This document shows, in pieces, positions 55,046-64,000 of a stretch of DNA of 64,000 nucleotides; positions within the stretch are counted from its first letter, which is position 1, and the number at the start of each line of letters is the position of its first letter. The stretch covers positions 45,260,001-45,324,000 of the forward strand of contig OX597815.1 in NCBI GenBank assembly GCA_951406725.2, written 5' to 3'. The stretch is from Octopus vulgaris. Lineage: Eukaryota. The position numbers were made by a program, and so were the translations under genes. A model generated the notes under the pieces. The model did not search any database. It was not told the origin of the DNA and was given only the letters and a program-made list of their open reading frames with translations.

Positions 55046-55120
55046 CTACGCTGACGAACTTGCAGATGTTTACGTATCCATATACGTAAATATTAACAAG
55101 TGAAACTAATTAGTATGTAG
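55046..55120 (+). ncRNA. Type I hammerhead ribozyme with extended stem II
   Basis: CTACG-CTGACGA-ACTTG...CAAGT-GAAA-CTAATTAG-TA-TGTAG; inner 12-bp helix ATGTTTACGTAT/ATACGTAAATAT; palindrome ACTAATTAGT. Confidence 0.88.
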
Positions 55121-56013
55121 GTAATGGTTTTTTTATTTTTGTATATTTTCATTTGTCTGATTTTTAAACTTTGGTTTTTGCTGAATTTTTTTGAGAACAC
55201 ATTCTTCGTGGTAAATGGCGAGTTTGACGTCTATATCTAGCATACAGGCTGTCCGCTATTAGTGGTCAGTCCTCTAAATTTTGTATATATATATATATTT
55301 GTATTACTTTAATTATCTGTCTGGATAATTACTAGTACATGCCTTAAAGTTTTTCTACGCGTACACCTTTGGAACTTCTATTAGGAAATGAAACGCTTGT
55401 AATGAGGAATAAATTGTACCAAATTTCTTCCTGCCTTCTTTTTTGATATCCAGTTACTCTGCAAAAAAGTAGTTTCTAAGATTTTACATTTTTCCTTTAT
55501 TTTTCAGCTCTCATTCGGATCACTGTAATGTGTACACGTGTTTAATTAGGACACAATTCGGTATATAACCCTATCTACATAGTATATATGTTTGTATGTA
55601 TGTATATAAGACAAGCTCCCATGCAATTTCCATCAACCAAATACACTCATAAAACATAGGTAGGCCTAGATCTATAACAGAATACAGGAGCAGCGTAAGA
55701 GATTTGAAAATGGAACGAAAAGGTGCATGACCAGAATTCAGGGGAGATAGAGTAAGACACACGCACGTGCGCGCTCACACACGCGCACACGCATGCATCC
55801 ACATCCCCTGTGTATGTGTATGTGTGTGTGAGCGAGCGAGCACAGGTACGTGCGAGTGTGTATGTGTTTGTGTGTGGTGTGTGCATACGTGCTTGAATGG
55901 GTGAGAGATGTGAAGAAAGTAAAAGAAACTAAGAAACAGGTTCCCAGGGAACTAAAGGTGCGCCGGCAAATATATATATATATACAAATGTATCTATCTA
56001 TCGGTCTATATGT

Positions 56014-56059
<46 letters not shown>

Positions 56060-56414
56060 GTATACAGTGTATATGTCCGTATGAAAAAGTGCATGAGATT
56101 GAGAGATGGGCTGTGCACCTAAGAAAAGTGAAAGGGAAAGAGAGGAAAGAGAAAGAAAGGCTTAAATGATAGTGAAAGATAGGCGGATAGGGTGTATGTC
56201 TATTTTGTGTGGGGGGATGTGTGTGTGAGAGAGAGAGGGTTTGTATGCGTTTGGGTACGCGTGTATTTGTGTGTGTGAAGGATAGAGTGAAAAAGAAAAA
56301 GAGGGAAAAGATCATAGAGAAGAGAGACCAACAGTGAGAGAGAAGGGGAGAGGAGAATGAGATACTGAAGGAGAGAAAGAAAGAATAAAAGAAAGTGAAA
56401 GGGAAAGGGTGAGA

Positions 56415-56563
56415 AGGAAGAAAGAACGAAAGAAAGAAAGAAAGAAAGACAGAAAGGAAGAAAGAAAGACAGAAAGGAAGAAAGAAAGAAAGAACGCAAG
56501 AAAGAAAGAAAGAAAGAAAGAAAGAACGCAAGAAAGAAAGAAAGACAGAAAGGAAGAAAGAAA

Positions 56564-56600
<37 letters not shown>

Positions 56601-56610
56601 GAAGGAAGGA
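56415..56610. repeat. (GAAA)n-derived purine microsatellite
   Basis: Directly visible. Confidence 0.95.
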
Positions 56611-57423
56611 AGAGCGAGAGAGAGAAAGGAAGACAGGAAGGTGTGGTAAAGAAAGAAAGGAAGAAAGATAAAAAGTACGTATAATATATGCAAAGAGAAA
56701 GGGTAGAGAGGGAGAGAGGGAGAGAGAGAGAGATGGAGAAAGAGAACGTGAAGCATCATTTCTTAATGTGGTTAAATTGTATATCGTGACACTAAGAGTA
56801 AAGACTCAGAAGGGAGAGCTCATTGCACTCAAATTAGCCAGCAGTCAATAAGTGCAACCGCTGCCAAGGGACCATGCACTCATAAGTCATCAGCACCAAT
56901 AAACCCTGTTTGTATACATTCGTGTGTGTGTATGTGCGTGAATCTATATCTGTGTATGTGAGGCTATATCTGTGTGTGTGTGCGTGCGTGTGTGTGTGTG
57001 TGTGCGTGTCCTTATTGGTTTCTTAGTTTTCATGCTTTTTGCTGTCAGTTTTTCTTTCCTTTCTCTTTTCTTTTGTTTTTTAATCATTTCCCAAGCACTT
57101 AAAACCTGCAAAACACACACACACACACACACGCACACACACATACAAAACACACACACACAAACATACACATGCACACACGAGTTTTCTATCTAATATT
57201 CTAATTAATATGCAGTCCATACACACACACATATGTAGATATATCCATATGTATATTTTCAATACAAAAGAAATAAGCGCTATATTCATATATATATATA
57301 TACGCACACGTAGACATATGCATATATACACACACACACATATATATATCCATACACACAAATATATATCCATATACATATCCTTATGTATATTTTCAAA
57401 TCAAAAGAAATAAGCACTATATT

Positions 57424-57523
<100 letters not shown>

Positions 57524-57834
57524 AATGAAATGGACAAATGAATTATCTTGTTACGGATTATTCAAATTATAACCGATACATGGGTAGCAAAAATCACAAC
57601 AGAAAAATCACGGTTGAGGTTACGACCATGGGGTATCGCAGCCGTGCCTTAGTGCGGATATAAAACTTCCCTCACTAAATATATATATATATATATACAC
57701 ACATTTATATACACACGCAAACACACACATAGACATATACATATACTCATATACATATATGTAGCCATATACATACACACACATACACACACGCATACAT
57801 ATCCATATACATATCCATAAGTGTATTTTCAATA

Positions 57835-58408
<574 letters not shown>

Positions 58409-58754
58409 CAATACGGAGCAAATAATCAAATAATTCACGATAAATAATTTTCGAAAATATCATTGACTGTTATTATCTAGTGTAACAATTTTAAAATTAT
58501 AATAACGGAATCAATAATATAGGCGATTGCAGGCCCCAAAAATGCATTAAATAGCTAAAGGATTAAAATTAATCAAAGGCCATACTAAATATGTCTACCT
58601 CCTCGGAATAATAGTCAAAACTCCTTTTTAAATCGCCAAAATACACTGATAATAACTACAGAAATCAACCGTCCGAAGGCAAACGGGCCAAAACAATTTC
58701 TCAGCACACATTCAAGTATTTGGACTCACGTCGATCGGTTTCTACCTTTGTCTA

Positions 58755-58836
58755 CCTCTGAAGAGATTCGACTTCCAAATGATTATTAATTCAATTAATT
58801 AATTTTCTGAGAGCCTGAATTGAAACAGCTGTAAGG
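58755..58836 (+). ncRNA. Type I hammerhead ribozyme with long AT-rich stem II
   Basis: CCT-CTGAAGA-GATTC...GAATT-GAAA-CAGCTG-TA-AGG; palindrome ACAGCTGT. Confidence 0.7.
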
Positions 58837-59058
58837 GATGTTTTTCAATTTCTTAAAACAATAATTTATTAATTACCTTTCTATTGTCTCATCTTATTAT
58901 TATAATGAATTAAAAATATATAAACCACGGTTTATATAGTTACCTTGCAGTGGAGTATTAAATAGAATGTTCAATACACTTTGTATAGGTTCATAGGATT
59001 TTGCTATCCCTGAATGAGGTTTGTAGCCTTTAATGGTGCCTATATATATATATATATA

Positions 59059-59480
59059 AACTATTATTTTCCGGGAACGCTGCCGCTGTTCTCTTTTAGA
59101 GAGACTTAGTAATTTTAATATTTCTATTATTGAAAACAAGTGGATGTATTCCACCGAAACTAGGTAAATAAAACCATCGAACAGAGATTGTCGGAAGCGA
59201 CACCTACTGGCTGGCTACGTTGCATTGAAAAGGGGCAATACCCCGAAACGCGTCTGTAGCTGCCGGTCAAGTAGTGTGGAGCGACTGACCTCCCTTGTTC
59301 GAAGGTTATATGGATACAGTTTGTGTATCAAATAGCTAACTTAAGGCGATGGCCTCATGGAGCTAATAAGCGGACAGCTTTATTCTTATTTTTATATGAA
59401 TGCCATATTAGTATGGCGATAACTATTATTTTCCGGGAACGCTGCCGCTGTTCTCTTTTAGAGAGACTTAGTAATTTTTA
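59059..59480 (+). mobile_element. Retrozyme/PLE-pLTR-like non-coding element, 362-nt unit with ~57-bp terminal direct repeat, in (TA)n
   Basis: AACTATTATTTTCCGGGAACGCTGCCGCTG... identical at 59059 and 59421; homolog of 553-963. Confidence 0.75.
59219..59260 (+). ncRNA. Minimal type I hammerhead ribozyme, U3-A8 core variant
   Basis: GTTGCA-TTGAAAA-GGGG-CAATA-CCCC-GAAA-CGC-GTC-TGTAGC; palindrome ACGCGT; GUC site after 59254. Confidence 0.8.
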
Positions 59481-60094
59481 TATATATATGTGTGTATATA
59501 TATATATATCCATATATCTGTTTATCTTTTATTGGGGTTGCTGGGGCACCGCTTTGAAGAATTTTAGACGAATGAACCAACCCCAGTGCCTTTTTTTGTT
59601 TTTATTTCAAGTATTAGTACTTATTCTATCGTTTCTTTAGCCGAACCGCTATGTTACGGGGTCGTAAAACACCGCCATTGATTGTCAAGTGATGTTGGGG
59701 ACAAACACAAAGATTCACACACACACACACGCACACACACACACGCACACACACACACGACATATATTTTTTTTAACTGGCTCTCCATAAGTTACGATGA
59801 CGAGGGTTCCACTTGATCCGATCAGAGGAAAAGCCGTCTCGCGAAATTAACACGCAAGTGGCTGAGCACTCCACAGATACATATCCCCATTACATGCTTC
59901 ACAGGGAGATTCAGCGCGACACAGAGTGTGACAAGTGTGGCTCTTTGAAATACAGGTACTACTTATTTTTGCTAGCTGAGTGGACTGGAGCAACGTGAAA
60001 TAAAGAATCTTGCACAAGGACACAACGCGTCGCCAGGAATTGAACACATGACCTCCACGCTCGCGCGCGCGCGTGCGAATACATGTATATTCAA

Positions 60095-60189
<95 letters not shown>

Positions 60190-60190
60190 A

Positions 60191-60480
60191 GGCGCAATGG
60201 CCTAGTGGTTAGGGCAGCGGACTCACGGTCGCAGGATCGCGGTTTCGATTCCCAGACCGGGCGTTGTGAGTGTTTATTGAGCGAAAACACCTAAAAGCTC
60301 CACGAGGCTCCGGCAGGGGGTGGTGATCCCCGCTGTACTCTCTCTCCCACTCTTTCTTCTGTTGGCCTGCTCGCTTAGCCAGCGGGATGGCATCATTCGA
60401 AGGCTAAAACAATGCGAACGTATTGTGACCAGCGATGTGTAACTACATCTGATGGTCTGGTCGATTACGTGATCACGTGA
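60191..60480 (+). mobile_element. SINE family B with third body type
   Basis: Intact tRNA-like head; ends GATCACGTGATA. Confidence 0.85.
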
Positions 60481-61199
60481 TATATATATAGATGTATATA
60501 CCCACACACATATAAATACACACACACACATATACATACATGAGTATAAAAAAAATTAACATACGGTCGTTATAAATATCTATGCTCATTGGTTAGACTA
60601 ATTTGAATTTGTGTTTATGTGCGAAAGCCTTTCAGGAAAAATATCAAATCATCATGATTTGTTATTTAATGCGTGTGTGCGTTATTGCATGGCAATAAAA
60701 AGTTTACCGTTATATTAATGAGTTCTAAGCATACATGTGCACATATACATACATCGTTTTACAAAAAAACAAATTAGATCACAATATTAATTAGATTATA
60801 CAGTATATATATAGTTGTCCATCTCCACCAGCTTAAGGCTGTCATTTTCTAACTCTGTATATCTTTATGTATACTTCTAACTTCTATATAATCGATCGAT
60901 CTGCTACATATAGCAGCGAAATCGTCCTCAAATTAGACCCTACTGCCATGAGAAATTATGGACACATTGGATAATGGGGACTTGAATAAACCATATTTTA
61001 AAACAAGGTGGGGAAGATCGTGGATGGAATATCTTTGATCATACGTGAGTCCGATCAAATTTGAGTTAGAGTTGAACAACATGCGAATAATATATATGTC
61101 TGTGCTTTCTCTGACTCTATTTATCTTTGTATCTATATATACATCTGCATTGTTCTATCAAATAATCATTTATCCATTGAGATTTGGAAAGAGCTTGTT

Positions 61200-61552
61200 T
61201 GTGCAAGTGCAGTCATTTGAAAACTCCGGATAATGATGTTAATAGGTTTCAGGGAGAGAATGCGTGCCGTTTTGGGACCTTCTTTTCGACAGCTTTTCAG
61301 TGCCACCCCACCAAAAAAGCCGAATGTGAAGCTTCACTATCTTTTCAACTGACGAGTGTTCCGATTTTAAGTTCGTTTTGGGATCTCCAGCACCCTCTCC
61401 AGCCACGTTTCATCACACTTTTTCAACCATATGCAATGGTTGGCCTTCTCAGTTGTTACCTGGATCCCTTTCAAGATGACCATTGCCTGCTGATGTTTGG
61501 AGCCAACCGATAGCAGCCAGCGTCTTAGTCTGGTTCCAATAAAACCTTTCAT
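61200..61552 (-). mobile_element. Second Hero-like RLE retroelement 3' remnant
   Basis: GFIGTRLRRWLLSVG...IQVTTEKANHCIWLKKCDETWLE matches the GCRGF...EKASxWIWLKR C-terminus. Confidence 0.7.
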
Positions 61553-62432
61553 TTTAATTTAATTTATGTGTCTCGAGCTATGATGTGCTGACGATTCAAA
61601 GAAGGATGAAATAGTGCGGTATATGTTTACCAACGACCAGAAACTTTAAGAAATGTACGTATATTGTATAGACAAAAATAAATTAAATATGCATACTCTG
61701 CACATCTTTACTTTTTAATGTAAATTCCAAACTTTCATATCTGCCTCAACTTAGTTTAATCTAAAAGGGAACTCAAATTCTGCCGCGGTTGATTTTGTTT
61801 TTCATCCTTTTGGGGTCGATGAAATAAGTACCAGATGAACACTGAGGTCGATGTAATCGACTTAACCTCCTCTCCAGAATTGTTAGCCTTACGCCAGAAT
61901 TTGAAAACTATATGTATACATATTCTTCTCCCTATCACGCAGTGACCGACAATAGAAAGTTATAGTCGAGTCTGCAGTGTGTCTGACAATATATTCCTAG
62001 GTTGCGAATAAAAGTGTAAGGGATCTGTGGCCGTTCGCGTGGTGATCGCATTTTATTGGTTAATTTTCAATTCAATCAACCAATGAACGATAGTTTGGCA
62101 TGCAGCTGTTTTCCAGAATTTTGTCTTACTCATTTTCGCCTTCTCTTCGTTGCATGGTATGTCGTTTGAGATTTTGCAAATAGTTTTCTAAAAATTAATA
62201 TTATTAATATTTTTTAAAAATACATTTCTTTATAGTACAGCTTATAATATACTAGCTACTGTTCAGTATCTCTCCGTATGATAATAAACAAATACGACAA
62301 TTATTATCGATTTTATCGTAGATTTTTTAATATTGTGTGAGTCACACTTTTTTAATTGGTCGCCGTTTGGGTGTCAGTTAATTTGAGGATGCCACATCAT
62401 TAGGAGAAATACGGTACATATATAAAATATTA

Positions 62433-63183
62433 CAAGCGTTGCCTTAAAAAGTACGAAACTAGAATTGAAAAATGCACACAGTCAAAAGGATTACAGAATG
62501 TCATAATAAACCTTAGAAAGTATAGGACGAGCATTGTTGCTCAAAAACATTAGAATTACTATGTTGTACATTCTGTGGCATCCTTTTATCACAAGAAATT
62601 TGATTAGTTCATCGAAATTAAGTTGTATTAAAAATTTACGAAGTTAAATTGTGTATAAATACTAATGTCATCTTTATGCAATAATTCTATCTATGAATGA
62701 TAATTTTTATAAATTTACAAGTATCAATCAAAAATAATTTAGTAATAATCTGTTTAATTCGCATAACTGTTCCATTAATATGTGTATCACAATGCGAATT
62801 ATCTTTGCTTATAATTATTTCGGTTTCGTAATTTCGCTATTATATAGATTCAACTTCATTATAAATCCAGTTTTGTTTTATTATCATGGCAATTTGCATG
62901 CAGAGTGCAGTATGTTTTTTATATACGTTGGTATGAAGAGCATTATAATGAATTTACTTATTCGAAGTTAAAGATCATATTTTGTACATTTTCAAATCTT
63001 TATATTAAGAACTCGGTTTAATAATTATCGTGACATGAGTCTCTTTTCGTTTTAAGATACCACAGAATGTACAAAATATAGGGATTCCAATATTTTTGAG
63101 CAACAATGCTAGTCCCATACTTTTTAAGGTTTATCATGACATTCTGTAACCCTTCTGAGCGTGCGCATTTTTTCAATTCTAGT
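62433..63183. mobile_element. MITE with ~110-bp inverted repeats
   Basis: ACTAGAATTGAAAAATGC...GCATTGTTGCTCAAAAA inverted at 63095-63183. Confidence 0.75.
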
Positions 63184-63337
63184 ACACACACAAGGTGTAA
63201 CAGCTAAATTAAGACAAATTTCAAATGGATACATTTCTAATTGTATAGATTTTGTTGGAGTCTAAGTTTTATATATTACCAGCTTGAATATTCATTTGTA
63301 CTATTTTGTGTTTCAAATTGAACAAACTACGAATGTG

Positions 63338-63380
<43 letters not shown>

Positions 63381-63381
<1 letters not shown>

Positions 63382-63580
63382 TTTATTTAAAAGCAGCAGA
63401 AATTCAACAAAATCTGTTACTCGGAGTTTCACGTTCCCGTTCGTCGGACAGTTTTGTTCGTGAAACTCCGAGTAACAGGTTTTGATGAATTTCAGCTGCT
63501 TTTAGATAAAGCATATTGCTCTACCTCTGGTATTTGAGTACTCTTTTTTCCAACTTGTTTCACATTTATGTGTTTACTCC

Positions 63581-63583
<3 letters not shown>
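63381..63583. mobile_element. Inverted PLE pLTR pair embedded in (TA)n
   Basis: 53-bp inverted arms 63381-63433 / 63459-63511 (4 mismatches) overlapping a hammerhead. Confidence 0.75.
63414..63451 (-). ncRNA. Minimal type I hammerhead ribozyme (U4C core)
   Basis: Minus strand CTGT-CCGACGA-ACG-GGAA-CGT-GAAA-CTC-C-GAG-TA-ACAG. Confidence 0.75.
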
Positions 63584-63623
<40 letters not shown>

Positions 63624-64000
63624 GTGTGTGTGTGTGTGTGTGTGTGTATGCATGTATGTATGTATGTATGTATGTATCTATGTATCTATGTATCTATGTA
63701 TGTATATATATGTTCTCTCACTCTTTCTTCTATATTATTTTATGAATCCATAGTTCTTATATAATTTCTACATTACATGTACTTGTTTTTACCTTCTCCC
63801 TACAAACTATTTTTCTCTCCTTCAATCATTCCCACCTCTCACTAATCTTTATTTTCTCTCTCTTTTCTCTCTAATCTTCTTTATATTTTACTTTTCTTTT
63901 CTTTTTTCTGTTATGCACGTAGATAAAAATGCGTGCATTTCTTTACTGTACTTGAAATCTTTTCACTGTATTGAAATCGACGAAATAACTTATTATTTAT

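Noticed and set aside
60191-60262. tRNA-like sequence
   Set aside because: SINE head continuing into SINE body, multi-copy; not called as a tRNA gene
61584-61627. CTGACGA...GAAA hammerhead-like spacing
   Set aside because: Stems I and III rely almost entirely on G-U pairs or mismatches; not distinguishable from chance

Overview
AT-rich, repeat-saturated eukaryotic DNA with no host protein-coding gene that I can support. The tRNA-derived SINE families and very dense (TA)n/(CA)n/(CATA)n microsatellites resemble those of a coleoid cephalopod (Octopus-like) genome; this assignment is inference from recognising the repeats. Most ORFs in the supplied track are microsatellite artefacts. Real coding remnants are all transposon-derived: an uninterrupted 5'-truncated Penelope-like element (PLE) ORF (RT thumb plus GIY-YIG, 26046-27154), a second PLE endonuclease remnant, a decayed mariner, a hAT transposase remnant, a Helitron RepHel fragment, two Hero-like and one R4/Dong-like RLE retroelement 3' ends, a CR1-like 3' end and an RTE 3' end. 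There are also several MITEs and non-autonomous Helitrons. The main unexpected signal is an RNA one: at least 9 type I hammerhead ribozyme motifs from mostly unrelated sequence families, plus further decayed ones. Many have the palindromic stem III typical of dimeric PLE/retrozyme hammerheads, and most sit in short modules embedded in (TA)n tracts. Three lie within about 800 bp (54350-55120). A two-copy, 342/362-nt non-coding family with terminal direct repeats carries a hammerhead whose core shows the compensatory U3-A8 pair in both copies, making it a candidate cephalopod retrozyme/circRNA family. All folds were done by eye and none has been tested for activity.
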